From positions 18,478,001 through 18,542,000 of the forward strand of contig CM075988.1 in the NCBI GenBank assembly GCA_038087875.1: DNA of 64,000 nucleotides. Reading direction: 5' to 3'. Made by a program: the position numbers and the translations under genes. This document shows, one piece after another, positions 35,486-48,150 of the stretch. The stretch's first letter is position 1. Each line of letters opens with the position of its first letter. Origin of the DNA: Malacoraja senta (taxonomy: Eukaryota). Below the pieces are notes generated by a model. That model was given only the letters and a program-made list of their open reading frames with translations. It ran no database searches and had not been told where the DNA came from.

Positions 35486-35795
35486 GGTACACAAAAATGC
35501 TGGAGAAACTCAGCGGGTGCAGCAGCATCTATGGAGCGAAGGAAATAGGCAACGTTTCGGGCCGAAACCCTTCTTCAGAGAGTGTAGGAAGGAACTGCAG
35601 ATGCTGGTTTAAATCGAAGATAGACACAAAATGCTGGAGTAACTCAGCGGGACAGGCAGCATCTCTGGAGAGAAGGAATGGGTGATGTTTCAAATCGAGA
35701 TTCTTTAATGGTCTCGACGTGAAATGTCACCTATTCCTTCTCTCCAGAGATGCTGCCTGTCCCGCTGAGTTACTCCAGCATTTTGTGTCTATCTA
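35486..35795. mobile_element. Compound Penelope-derived insertion
   Basis: Minus-strand hammerhead core at 35551-35578 plus palindromic arms; sits in a locally duplicated segment (empty site at ~34375-34390). Confidence 0.8.
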
Positions 35796-36217
35796 TAGTA
35801 GAGAGTGTCAGCCCTGCTGTGTAAGATTCGTCACTCTTATGATTACAATTTGTTCATAATTTCTTCGAGACGTGAAGTGCAAGGAGCAAGGTCGGTAGGA
35901 GAGGGAACCGCGGTCTGGCCTACCGCACCCTCGAGGTCAGCACCGGGGGGTGGGGGCACTCCAGAGACACAAAGGTGGACGGGCGAGGAATGGTGCGTTG
36001 GTTCGCTGGTCGATGCACACGTCCAGGGAGGGTGAAGGCTGGAGGCCCTGCAGCAGCCTGGGGTTTGCCAGGATTGGGCACCGTTCATAAGACCCAGAGG
36101 GCGGACCGGACTTTGAAAATGGCGACAAAACATGGCACCTCTTGCATGCAGGCTCAGTGGACTCTTTCTGTACATTTTGTTAATTGGGAGATTGTGCTTA
36201 GGTACGGCAATAATCTG

Positions 36218-36495
36218 GTTTAGTTTAGAGATACAGCGCGGAATCAGGCCCTGCGGCCTACCGAGTCCACACTGACCAAGCGATCTCTGCACATTAACGA
36301 TATCGTACACACACTAGGCACAATTTTACATTTTACTCCAAGCCAATTAATCTACAAACCTGTACAGTATGTCTTTGGAGTGTGGGAGGAAACTGAAGAT
36401 CTTAGAGAAAACCCATGGGGTGAACGAACAAACTCCATAGAGTCAGGATTGAACCCGGGTATCTGGCTCTGTGAGGCATCAAGTCTACCGCTGCA
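36218..36495 (-). mobile_element. HE1-type V-SINE
   Basis: Reverse tail TTTAGTTTAGAGATACAGCGCGG, V domain, B box. Confidence 0.9.
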
Positions 36496-36559
36496 TCCGA
36501 GTTAGGGAGAAGAATGTCGAAAAGCAGGACCTCTAGCTTTATAATCCAGGATTGATTTT

Positions 36560-36780
36560 ATTGTGCCTCATACTAATGAGGGTAGGAATAGCAAGACAGG
36601 GCGGATGAATGGGTGGCATTGGAGCTGTGCAGGGGAGTAGTGCTCCAGGTTGTCTGTCTATTGGGATCTCCTATGAGGCAGGGGTGAGCTGACAAGACTG
36701 ACGGGCTGCACCTGAACTGGAGTGAGACCAATATCCTCACATGGAGGCTGGTGCTACTCAGGAGGGTTTAAACCAGTGAG
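36560..36780 (+). pseudogene. Decayed CR1 ORF1 (SGNH esterase-like) fragment
   Basis: VPHTNEGRNSK..RMN.W and DGLHLNWSETNIL..EGLN motifs with frameshifts. Confidence 0.7.
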
Positions 36781-38289
36781 GCGGGGGCGGTGGGACCCAG
36801 AATGACGGTGCAGCAGGTGGGGCGGCTGACTCATGTGAAGAAAATAGAACAGGCAAGTCCAGTGGGAAGAGTAGGGAGAGGCAGAGGGGGAAACATCACA
36901 GGGTTGGTTGGCTTAATTGCATTTACTTTAATACACGGAGTCCCAGAGGTGAGACAGATGTGCTGAGAGTGTGAATCATGACACAGGATTGGAATATTGC
37001 TCCAGTCACTGAAACGTGAGGGAATCTCCCAGTGTGTATTAGATTCAGGTGTGACAGAGGGGGGAGCAAGAGGGGAGGAGGGGAATATTATAAATACATT
37101 AATAATCAAAAATGCAAAGAAAGCAGTCCATAAAGAAGGCAAAACCAAAGTCTACAGTGCAACCAAAACGAAGTCCGTAGAAGATCATAGTTGCTGAGAT
37201 TAGTAGAAACAAGGAACTGCAGAAAAGGACACAGAGTGCTGGAGTATCTCGGCGGGTCAGGCAGCATCTCTGGAGAAGATGGATGGGTGATGCTTGGTCA
37301 TGATCCTTCAGCCTCTGAAATGTTACCTCTCCATGTTCATCGGAGACCCTGCTTGACCCATTGAGTTACTCCAGCTCTTTGCGTCCTTTTTTGCTGATTC
37401 CACTGTTGTGTGCAATGCTCAAGCCCTTGATGGTTGTTGGACAGAAGCTGTTCTTGAACCTGGAGCTAACGGTTCTCCTGCTCCTGTACCTTCTTCCAGA
37501 ATGGTAGTAGCGAGATTTGAGCGTGGCCAGGGTAACGTGGGACTTTGAGGATGCTGGCAGCCTTTTTGAGACAGCACCTTCTGTAGATCCGTTCGATGGT
37601 GGGGAGGTCAGTACCCGTGATGGACCGGCCAGTGTCCGCCACACTCTGAAGTCTCCTTCACCCCAAAGAAGTGGCTGAGACAAATCAATTTTCCCGAAGG
37701 AGTTGGAAAACCTGAGTAAAAGGAGACTTGTTGGACGGCAAGTCGTTGAGCGTCTTGTGATGAGCAGTGGGTACCTCTTGTGGGAAGATCTGGAGATGGG
37801 GGTCACTGTTTATAAATCTGTGTCACCAACTCAGATAAAACTATTTTGTGTTCCATCAGGAATATTAGAGCCTTTGGAAATCTTCCTCTAAGAACAAAAC
37901 AGACCCGTTACACATTAAGGCAGATGAATTCAAGGGGCAAAAGGTTACAGCGGGTATATGGAGGAAAGCTTAACAGAAGACTATCTTCATCAAGGGACAG
38001 GCAAGCCTGGAAGAGGTGTCACCTTTCTCCAGCTCCAGTCTCTGTTCATTTGGAAATATATATTCCAGGTATTAGTTTTGAGGTTGTGCTTCTTAATAAG
38101 CACACTAATTCATCACATTGACTGTGAAGAACCTTTTTTTAGACCCGACTATGTCATTTGAATGTAGATTAATCAAAATGACAGAATCCTCTCCCAAGAT
38201 CCATTCCAGCCTAGAGCAGACCCCAAACCTTGACGGAAGTCGGGAAGCAGCTTCCTGGACTCTTGCTTCTTGCTCCAGAGGTCAGAGTC

Positions 38290-38560
38290 CATCTGCCCCT
38301 CGCTCTCTGCTCCACCGTATCGCTGGTAACTCCCACCATTCCATTGCCTTCCACTGGTCTTGTGGCAAATTTTGTGTGGTCTTGGAATGGAGCTGTTTCC
38401 AAACCAAGTCTGCGATGCATTCCGATAAGATGCTTTCTACGGCGCATCTGTAGAGGTTGGTGAGAGTTGTTGGGGTAATGCCGAACTTCCTCAGCCTTCT
38501 TAGGAAGTAGAGGGATTGGTGTGCTTTCTTGGTCGTTGCTTCAATATGCGTGGTCCATTT
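38290..38560 (-). mobile_element. Rex1/Babar RT C-terminal fragment
   Basis: KWTTHIEATTKKAHQSLYFLRRLRKFGITPTTLTNLYRCAVESILSECI. Confidence 0.9.
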
Positions 38561-38944
38561 CCCTCCACAGGGACTAGTAACTAGTAATGTTTTCAAGGTA
38601 ATGAGATGTTGTCTTTGAATGTACAGCAAGCCCAGATATGGGTGTTGGTCTTTTAGACAGCACAGCATCCAGTGACTCTGGGTTAGTAAACATTGGTCAT
38701 TCCATAACAAAAAGCACAAATTGCTGGAGTAACTCAACAGGTCAGGCAGCATCTCTGGAGATCATGGATAGGCAACGTGTCAGATTGTGACCCTTCAGAC
38801 TTTAAACTTTAGAGATACAGTGCAGAAACAGGACATTTGGCTCAGCAGATGCTGAATAACATGCTGAGTTTCTTTTTTTGTGGTCAAGATTCCAGTATCT
38901 GTTGTCTCTTGTGTGTCAATTTTAAGGCTCGTAGGTTTATGTTA

Positions 38945-39680
38945 TTCATAGACACAAAATGCTGGAGTAATTCAGCAGGCCAGGCAGCAGAATGGGTGAC
39001 GTTTCGGGTCGAGACCCTTCTTCAGACTGAGAGTCAGGGGAGAGGGAGTGTCGAGATATGGAGGGATAAGGAGTGAAAACAACAGATCAAAGGAGACGAT
39101 GGTAAGGAAATATAGAAATACAGCCAAGAAGATTGTTGGCTGTAACCTTCCCCCCATCGACGAACTGTACTCTGCAAGGGCCAGGAAGAGAGCGGGTAAG
39201 ATCATCTCTGACCCACAAACTCTTTGAATCACTTCCCTCTGGAAGGCAACTCCGGACTGTCAACGCTTCCACAGCCAGACATAAAAAGTGTTTTTCCACG
39301 AGCAGTAGCTCTACTCAATAACCAAAAGTCTGTAGCGTCCTTGTGCTCTGGTATTTTATTTCATTCTTCACATGTTTAAATTATAATGTTATATTTTTAA
39401 TTGTCTACTGTATATCATGTTGTTACTTGCGAGCAGAGCACCAAGGCAAATTCCTTGTATGTGTACATACTTGGCTAATAAAAATGTATTCAATTCAATT
39501 TATTGAAATTTATTCGAATGGTTCATTGTTAGCTGAGGGGAAGGTGGCACGGAGACACACAATCAGTAAATTTAATACGAAAGACAGTGGAACTAGTCGG
39601 AGAACTAGGGTTGGGGAGGGATGGAGAGAGAGGGAAAGCAAGGGTCATGAAGTTAGAGGTCAATATTCATACCGCTGGGT
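38945..39680 (-). mobile_element. Penelope 3' end split by a Rex1 insertion
   Basis: Perfect hammerhead core at 38998-39025 (minus); ORF end PSGMNID near 39650-39680; host resumes at ~39517. Confidence 0.75.
39121..39515 (+). mobile_element. Rex1/Babar LINE 3' end
   Basis: KIVGCNLPPIDELY..HKLFESLPSGRQLRTVNASTARHK; (ATTCA)n tail; same subfamily as 61815-62408. Confidence 0.9.
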
Positions 39681-40207
39681 ATACAGAAGGCACTTTTTGC
39701 CCATTTTCTGAACCCTAGCTCCACTGACCCAGGCATCTTCCATTCCCTCACTGATACCAGTGCTTCTCAGATGCCACTGATGCCAAACCTCACAGTGCAA
39801 GCCACATTTATTATTCAGAGTTTTATAATCCATCTTCTTTCATTAGTCAACATGTACAATTAATCACTGTCGCCAGTTAAACTCGCAATAAAAGAAACCT
39901 GCTCCAAAGTTGCGATCACGAGATGGGTGATGGATATCTCTCATTATGTCTGCATTTCAATCAGACGCCGTTCTCTACATTTCTCTGAAATCACTTTTAA
40001 TTAAACCCTGGAACAATGAATATAGGGCAATTTTGTTTTGTGTTATCTTTCTCTGAAATATAACGCAGTCTGCATTTCTCCCTTTGATGTGTGTACATTA
40101 GGAGACTACATAAAGAATTCCCTGGAAAGGTACAATTACTGTGTACACATCACCGTCGGTGGCCCCACTCATCAGTAGTAATATTACTACTGATGACTGC
40201 TGCCGTT

Positions 40208-40212
40208 AGAGT

Positions 40213-40247
<35 letters not shown>

Positions 40248-40385
40248 GTGGGCAAGGGAGAGAGAGGGAGGGAGGGAGGGAGAGAGAGGGAGAAAGAGAG
40301 TGAGGGACAGAGAGAGGGGGAGAGAGAGGTTCGAGGGAGAGGGAGAGGGAGATGGAGAGGGAGGGAGCGAGTGAGCGAGAGAGCT

Positions 40386-40460
<75 letters not shown>

Positions 40461-40493
40461 AGAGGGAGAGGGAGGGAGGGAGGAAGAGAGAGA
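40208..40493. repeat. GA-rich polypurine tract
   Basis: (GA)n / GGGA runs. Confidence 0.95.
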
Positions 40494-40543
40494 AGTACCT
40501 CTAATTGTTTTCAAGCTTGGAAATTGGATTAAATTGTACCTCG

Positions 40544-41425
40544 TCAAGTCAAGTTTTATTCGTCACTTGCACATAAAGTGCAGTAAAATTAATTTGCCAG
40601 CAGCGGTACAATAAAAAAAGAACACACAATACACAATAAAAATTGAACACAAACATCCACCACAGCATTCATCACTGTGGTGGAAGGCACAAAATTTGGC
40701 CAGTCCTCCTCCATTTTCCCCCGTGGTCAGGACCACAACCCTCCGCAGTCGCCGCTGCGGGCGTCCAGATGTTCAGACAAGGTAAGTCCAGGTAAGTCCT
40801 GAATCGGTGCCTCCCCACCGGAGACCGCGGCTTCAAGATGGTGTGGGCCGCAGGCCGGCGGTCGAAGATCTAAAGTCCCCGCCGCGCCGCAGCCAGAAGC
40901 ACCGCAGACCGCAGGGCCGGTGGTCGGAGCTCCTCTCCAGGGATCCCCGGCGAGGGACCCCGCTCCGGATGGTAAGTCCCCGCCGCGCCCGCGGTAGAAG
41001 TAGGCCGCGGGCCGGCGGTCGGAGCTCTTCTCCTCCCGGGTCCCCAACGAGGGATCCCAGACTCCGGACGCCGCGCCAGCTGGAGCTCCGCCGACCGCGG
41101 CCTCAGGCTGCCGCGGGCCAGCGAACAGAGCGCTCCCCTCCGGCGACCCCCGGCGAGGGCTCGCCCCATCCGCGATGAAAGAGTCTCCGGGAAAGGCCGC
41201 ACCGATCCTCGATGTTAGGCCACGAGGGAGCCGACATGGAAAAAGTCGCCTCTCCGTGGAGGAGGCGACCGAAGCGGTTTCACCCTTACCCCCCCACACC
41301 ACCCCCCACACAAGACACACAAAGAAACATTAAAAACACACATTGAGACACACAAAAAAAACAAAAAACGTAGCAAAAACGAACACGCTGCTGGCAGGGC
41401 TGCCAGCTCGCAGTGCCCCCACCTT
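40544..41425 (-). mobile_element. GC-rich non-autonomous element with Rex1-like 3' tail
   Basis: CpG-rich body; 3' region CACAGTGATGAATGCTGTGGTGGATGTTTGTGT..GTGACGAATAAAA(CTTGA)n; relatives at 42247-42863 and 50555-50935. Confidence 0.7.
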
Positions 41426-41889
41426 CTGTGATTCTGGGTGAGAGTGTTGTCTGGGCATGATTCATTATCAAGCAAAACCCCCCATACTGGGACTGTAGTC
41501 CAGAGGAACAGTTCACCGAACTTACTGGGCGGGTAAAATTCCTTCTCCGTAGAAATTAATAAATGATGGGCAAACTCTGCAATGGGCAGGCAGTCTGTGC
41601 CTTAGATCACTAATGAGAGGATAGTGAAGTTCACATTTATATTAAGAATTAATAAAACTGAATACGAGTCCCAATTCTCCAGTCAGGCATTTCTCTAATC
41701 AAAGAATGGACGAGAGTCAAGAGTGTTTTATGGTCATGTATCCCAGATGGTACAATGAAATTCTTACTTGTAGCAGCACAACAGAATATGTAAACATAGT
41801 ACACTGGAAACAATATAATAGACGAGAGAGAAAAAAAGTTCAGTGTGTATATATACACATACCCACAAGTACACACACACATTATATTC

Positions 41890-42918
41890 TTAGGCCCCCT
41901 TCGGTCATGGCTGACCATGAGTGTCTCCAGGGTGCTATTCCCTATATGGAGGACGCCTGTGCGTGACTTTGTTTAACGTGGGGAGACTGGTGCACACAGC
42001 CACCCCACGGTCCTTGACAGATCTGGGTCAGGATCCAGTGGCATGTAGTCCAAGACAACCGGAGACCCTTTTCTGCTGCAGCCTTCATCCGCCTTCCCAG
42101 CCGTTGTGACGCTCCACTAAGGTCAGCCATCACCTCCGCCTGTTCCACCATTGAGGTCTTGGTTGGAGACCTCCCCCTCGACATTACCGCCATGGGTGGC
42201 CCTACCAGGAGCATAGCTCCAGACGGCATTGCTCTCAGGATCTCAACAATTACAATTTTACAATTTGTTTATTTGTCTTTTCTTTTTTTGTCTTTTGGAC
42301 AAATTTGTCGTTTGGACCCCTTGAGGTCCAAACGAAATGTCGTTTCTGCAGCCATACATCACAAAACGAAGAAGACCCGAGACACAACACAATTTACACA
42401 TACATCCATCACAGCGCTGTGATGGAAGGCAAAAACACTTATCTCTCCACTGCACTCCCCCCCCCCCCCCGATGTCAGAGTCAAAGTCAAAGCCCCCGGC
42501 GGGCGATGGTGATTATCCCGCGGCCAAAGCCACGCCGGTTAATGCAGAGTCGCACACCGGGTCTTGGTGTTAGAGCCCCGGCGCGCGCCCGCAAAGTCCG
42601 TCGGCCATTCCAAGCCGCGCGGGGGGATAAAGCCCCGCTCCAGGTGCTCTTCAACCCCGCAACTCGGGCGGGAGAAGTCGCCGCTGCGGAAGCCCCGAAA
42701 AGCGGTCTCCCACCAGGGACCCGCGGGCTTCCGGTGTTGCCGTCCGCCAGACCCGCGGTTGTAGCCTCCGAATCTCCGGGGGTCGGGTAGCAGCAGCGAT
42801 TGTCTCCACCACAGCTCCACCCGCTCCGGACTCGCCCAGCCCCGCGGCGGTGAGTAGCGGTCCATCTCAGGTCCACACAAGCTTCTCCACCACGACAAGG
42901 TAACAATCCGTGGAGAAG
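41890..42918 (-). mobile_element. Second copy of bipartite RTE-derived element, interrupted by an insertion
   Basis: Aligns with 6383-6801; same 5' start CTTCTCC at 42912-42918; lacks the J4/2-P2 3' segment. Confidence 0.85.
42247..42863 (-). mobile_element. GC-rich non-autonomous element with Rex1-like tail
   Basis: TSD ATCTCA on both sides, defined by comparison with the uninterrupted copy at ~6746-6751; TTTGGACC..GGTCCAAA hairpin near the 3' end. Confidence 0.8.
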
Positions 42919-43009
42919 AACTACATTTATATATAACAATGTGTAGGAAGGAACTGCAGATGCTGGTTTACAATGGAAATAGACACAAACAGTGGGCCAG
43001 GCAGCATCC

Positions 43010-43596
43010 CCACTACACACCTACGAACTTTTTATAGGGGGACAATCGAGAGCACATTAACCTACGGCATCACTTCCTGGTTCGGGAGCTGCAAGGCGTA
43101 CGAACGGCACCAACTAGACAGGATTGTGAAGACCGCCAGCAGGATTATTGGTGCTCCACTCCCTTTCCTGCTGGACATATACAGGAAGAGATGTATCAGC
43201 AGAGCCATCTCCATCATCAAAGACCCCTACCACCCATTCCATCACATATTCTCCATCCTGCCATCTGGGAAGAGGTACCGGAGCATTAGGTGCAAAACCA
43301 GCAGGATGCTCCTCAGCTTCTTCCCGCAGGTTATAAGACTGATAAACGGACTTTGTCGTGCACCAACCACCAACCTGGACCCACTGCAGCAAAGCCACTG
43401 TCGTGCCGCTGCCGATCGGAATGCCTGTTGATGTTTAGTAGAGAGTAGAGTGTTCATTTGTTCATGATATATGTATTTTCACTTCTATTTATTTTTTACT
43501 GCACACTGGAATGGACACTGGTTGAGGAACGTTTTTTTGTTTCCTCTGGGTATGCGAATACTCAGGAAATGACAATAAAGATATACAATACAATAT
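43010..43596 (+). mobile_element. Rex1/Babar LINE 3' fragment with open ORF end
   Basis: LRTFYRGTIESTLTYGITSWFG..IIKDPYHP..LPSGKRYRSI..SFFPQVIRLIN; GACAATAAAG(ATACA)n tail. Confidence 0.93.
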
Positions 43597-43857
43597 CTCA
43601 GGAGAAAAAGAATAGTTGATGTTTTGGGTCGAGACCATTCTTTGGATTGTGAATCTTTCCCTTTCCCCTGACTCTCAGTCTGAAGAAGGGTCTCGACCCA
43701 AAATATCATCAGTTCCTTTTCTCCAGAGATGTTGTCTGACCCGATGAGTTATTCCAGCTTTTTGTTTCTATCTATGGACAAACAATGGATGGTTTCCACA
43801 TAAGACACAAAATGCTGGACTAACGTAGTTTCTGGACTAATGCTGGAGTTTCCTCAT

Positions 43858-44288
43858 GTTTAGTTTCATGTGGAGATACAGCATGGACAAAGGCCCTTCA
43901 GCCCATCACGTTCGAGCTGACCATCAATCATCCATTCACACTAGTTCTATGTTAACCCACTTTCTCTCCTACTCCCTACACATTAGAGATTACTGATTGG
44001 GGATGATCAGCCATGATCACATTGAATGGCGGTGCTGGCCCGAAGGGCCGAATGGCCTACTCCTGCACCTATTGTCTATTGTCTATTGAGACAATTTACA
44101 GAGACAATTTGCCTATCTATAATTAGCACATCTCTGGGATGTGGGAGGAAACCAGAGCATCTCGAGGAAACCCATGCGGTCATTGGGAGAATGTGTAAAC
44201 TCCACATTCCCAACCCAAGATCAGAATCGAACCCAGGTCTCTGGTGCTGTGAGGCAGTGGCTCTACCAGCTACACCTCTGTGCCACCA
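43858..44288 (-). mobile_element. HE1-type SINE with inserted CR1 3' end (~43991-44088, plus)
   Basis: Reverse HE1 tail and V domain flank GATCAGCCATGATCACATTGAATGG..(CTATTGT)n. Confidence 0.8.
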
Positions 44289-44519
44289 TAATTGTGTGAG
44301 AGGCCAGAGTGTGTCATCTACTCTATCTATCCCACCCATGATCTTATACACCTCTATAACATCAACCCTCATCCTCCTGCGCTCCATGGAATAAAGACCA
44401 AACCTGCTCAACCTCTCCTTATAGCTCAGGCCCCCGAGTCCTGGTAATATCCTCACTAATCTTCTCTGCTCCAGGTTCCAGCTTCTGAAGGCTCTTGTCA
44501 GTCGGTTTTACTGGCCCTG

Positions 44520-45095
44520 ATGAGGAAAATAGCAACGGACATGGACTCGGGGGGGAAAGCTCACTTTCAACATAGTACCGTGGGATTAGAAAGACTAAAG
44601 AGCAGACAGGGGCTCTCTGCAAAGTCAGCCCCTGCTTTCAAGCATCGATCTAGTTTCTTGATCTTCCACTTAGTTTGCGTCAAATGTAAGATAGCAAACT
44701 CCTCGAGGAAGGGGATGCAAGTAAGTTCCTAGGGGCGGCACGGTGGCGAAGCTGTAGAGTTACTGCCACACAGCGCCAGAGACCCGGGTTCGATCCTGAC
44801 TACGGGTGCCGCCCGTACTGAGTTTGTACGTTCTCACCGCGACCTGTGGCTTTTCTCTGGGTGCTCTGGTTTCCTCCCGCAGTCCAAAGATGTACAGGTT
44901 TGTAGGTTAGTTGGTTGTAAATTGTACCGAGTGTGCAGGACAGTGCTAGTGTACAGGGATGGCAGGTCAGCGCGGACTCGGTGGGCAGAAGGGCCTGCTT
45001 CTCCGCTGGATCACTAAACTACACACTGCAGACTTGAACCCACTATGCTCTGACTCTGGGAAGCGAGTGCCAGGCTGAGCTTTGATTGGCACCTG
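44520..45095 (-). mobile_element. Deu-domain SINE remnant interrupted by an HE1 SINE
   Basis: tRNA-like head GCTCAG..GAGTCAGAG..GTGGGTTCAAGTC (minus, ~45030-45095); Deu-like ATAGTACCGTGGGAT..GCAGACAGGGGC at ~44570-44615. Confidence 0.5.
44733..45020 (+). mobile_element. HE1-type V-SINE
   Basis: GGGCGGCACGGTGGCG head, B box, V domain, tail. Confidence 0.93.
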
Positions 45096-45449
45096 AGGTT
45101 GGCAGGGATAGAACCTTGTCCCTCTCCCTCGCTGGTGAAGAGGGCCCCTTCCTGACAAGGCCCTTCTGCCGTTTGCCTCACCGCCTGAGGTGAAATGTTC
45201 ACTGCCAGCATTTCCTTCCTGAACTTGAAAATCACTTTACACATCTGCTTCAAGTGGCATGTGAGTCAGAGAAAGTATTGAGCTGTCAGTAAGAAAAATA
45301 ACCAATCTGGCATTTAGACGTCTAAATACTCTCACACCTTGTCACAGCCTATAATTTGCATCAGTTAATATGTTCCTGAGATTAGGAGAGAAAGGAAGAA
45401 AGTTGACAATGTTATTCTTATTGGACTTGGATAGGAAAAGTTTAGAGGG

Positions 45450-45656
45450 AAGATAGACACAAAAAGCTGGAGTAACTCAGCGGGACAGGCAGCATCTCTG
45501 GAGAGAAGGAATGGGTGATGTTTCGGGTTGAGGAGGGTCTTGACCCGAAATGTCGCCCATTTATTCTCTTCAGAGATGCTGCCTGTCCCGCTGAGTTACT
45601 CCAGCTTTTTGTGTTTATCTTTGGTTTATAACAGCATCTGCAGTTCCTTCCTACAC
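45450..45656. mobile_element. Penelope-derived palindromic insertion
   Basis: 13-bp TSD AAAGTTTAGAGGG at 45437-45449 and 45657-45669. Confidence 0.85.
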
Positions 45657-45717
45657 AAAGTTTAGAGGGGTATGGGTCAACGGAACTAGCTTAAATGGTA
45701 CATCTTGGTCAAAACGG

Positions 45718-46374
45718 ACGTTCCTAAGTTCTAGGAGCAGAATTAGGCCATTCAGCCCATCAGGTCCACTCCGCATTTCAATCATGGCTGATCTATCTCT
45801 CCCTCTCAACCCCATCCTCCTGCCTTCTCCTCATAACCCCTGACACCCTTACAAATCAGGAATCTGTCAATCTCTGCCTCAACAATATCCATTGACGGCC
45901 TCCACAGCCGTCTTTGGCAATGAATTCAACAGATTCACCATTCTCTGACTAAAAAAATTCCTCCTCATCTCCTTCTTAAAGGAATGTCCTTTTATTCTGA
46001 GGGTTTGGCCTCTGCTCTTAGACTCTCCATCTAGTTGAAACATCCTCCCCACATCCACTCTATCCAGGCCTTTCACGATTCGGTAAGTTTCAATGAGGTC
46101 CCACATCATCCTTCTAATCTCCAGTGAATACAGGCCCAGTGCAGTCAAATGTTATCCCAATCACTCCTGGGGGATTATTCTCGTAAACCTCCTCTGGACC
46201 CTCTCCAACGTCAGTATATCCTTCCTCAGATATGGGAGCCAAAACTGCTCACAATACTCCAAATGGGTCTGATGAGTGCCTTCTAAAACCTCAGCATTAC
46301 ATTCCTGTTTTTGTATTCAAGCCCTCTCGAAATAAATGCCGGCATTACCTTTGCCTATCTTACTACCGATTCGA
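45718..46374 (-). mobile_element. CR1 LINE 3' fragment
   Basis: LGLYSLEIRRMMWDLIETYRIVKGLDRVD..RRNFFSQRMVNL. Confidence 0.92.
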
Positions 46375-46690
46375 CTGGACCATGGCTACCACTGGATGAT
46401 GGCTCCTCAACCCGAGGTCTCAGCGCCTCTTCTATGCCAGTTCCACAAAGTCCTCAATTCCTCAATCTTTCAAACAAAATGCCAACCTCCCCCAATTGTC
46501 TTGAGTGATCTAACCACTGCAGCCTACTTTAGCTAGAGGGAGGTGAATCTGTGGGATGCGTTGCCACAGACGGCAGTGGGGGGCAAGCCATAGGGTGTTT
46601 TTAAAGCAGAGAAGGATGCAGAGAAGATTTACAAGGATGCTGCCAGGAATTGAGGACCTGAGCTATAGGGAGAGGTCAGTCCAGGACAAG

Positions 46691-46990
46691 TGCGGCACGG
46701 CGGCACAGCGGTAGAGTTGCTGCCTTGCAATGTTTACAGCGCCAGAGACCCGTGTTCGATCCCGACTAGGGCTGCTGTCTGTACGGAGTTTGTACGTTTG
46801 CCCCGTGACCGTGTGGGTTTTCCCCTAGATCTTTGGTTTCCTCCCACACGTACAGGTTTGCAGGCTAATTGGCTTGTTCTTAATCTAAATTGTTCCTAGT
46901 GTGCGGGATAGTGTTAATGCGCGGGGATCACTGGTCGGTGCAGACTCAATGGGCCAAAGGGCCTGTTTCCGCACTGCATCTCTAAACGAA
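46691..46990 (+). mobile_element. HE1-type V-SINE
   Basis: A/B boxes, V domain, tail. Confidence 0.9.
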
Positions 46991-47799
46991 ATGAATCTCA
47001 ACAAAAAAAAAGTTGCTGCCGATATTTTCTTGTGAGACGCACCTCTCCTAACCTCTGCACTTTCAAACGAAAGGACATCCAAACCGGGGCACTTTTTAAA
47101 ACAAAAGCAGTACTATGGAATAACTGTGGATTTTGGGAAAATATCTCTTATGGGTAGAGAAGGAAACCAAATTAGACATGACAGACACTGTCTGTATGCG
47201 GCAGCGTTGGCATTGAGCGAGCGGTGGTTTGTGGGCAAGTTCGCCATTGATTTGTTGGCACCTCAATTACTATTTACAGCAAGCATTACAACTCCCACCC
47301 ACTGGATCGCTCCCAAGGCGTGCTGGTGACAGCTTCCTTTACATTGTTAATTCCAAGCACTTCTACAGGCCTCCGATGCCTCGACGGCAGAAGATGCAGA
47401 ATATTAAAAATAACAGGCCCGGTAACAAAAGCTGACTGTTGTTAAATAAGGTCAGATGCTTTTAAAGTGCTCACACAACGCTAATATCTTTTGTATAAGG
47501 CACTTAGAGTTGAGAAATAGAAGTTGCTCTGAGTAATTGCCAGTGGGAACCATCAACAATTTCTCTAAGCTGAACGTACGGTGAAAGAATGAATCACGTC
47601 CACTTGAAAGAAAAACTTCAAAAATTTGACAAGCAATTTTGTCGCATTTTTATTGTGACTTTTATCTCGTAATGCATAAAACCAAGTAATTTCCATCTGT
47701 CACTTGCAAAAAGCAGCTTAGAAACATTGTTGTGATGGTCAAATCGCAACCTGCCTCATATCTCAGTCATTTTCCTAAGCCGCTGTGATCCATCTCGGC

Positions 47800-48150
47800 G
47801 ATAGACCTGGAGAGAGTGGATGTGGAGAGGATGTTTCCACTGGTGGGAGAGTCGAGGACCGGAGGGCACAGCCTCAGAATAAAAGGACGTACCTTTAGAC
47901 AGGAGATGAGGATGAATCCCTTTAGTCAGACGCTGGTGAATCTGTGGAATTCATTGCCATAGACGGCTGTGGAGGCCAAGTTAATGTATATTTCTAAGGC
48001 GGAGATTGACAGATTCTTGATTAGTACAGGTGTCAGGGGTTATGGGGTGAAGGCAGGAGAATGGGGTTGAGAGGGAAAAGTAGATTGAATGGCGGAGTAG
48101 ACATGATGGGCTGACTGGCCTAATTCTGCTCCTAGAACCTTTGAACCTAT
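47800..48150 (+). mobile_element. CR1 LINE 3' end
   Basis: VDVERMFPLVGESRTGGHSLRIKG; GGCCTAATTCTGCTCCT tail. Confidence 0.9.

Noticed and set aside
40727..41320. 197-aa GC-rich ORF and apparent CpG island
   Set aside because: Lies inside a repeated GC-rich element, is open on both strands because of base composition, and has no domain motif; the same applies to 42305-43020
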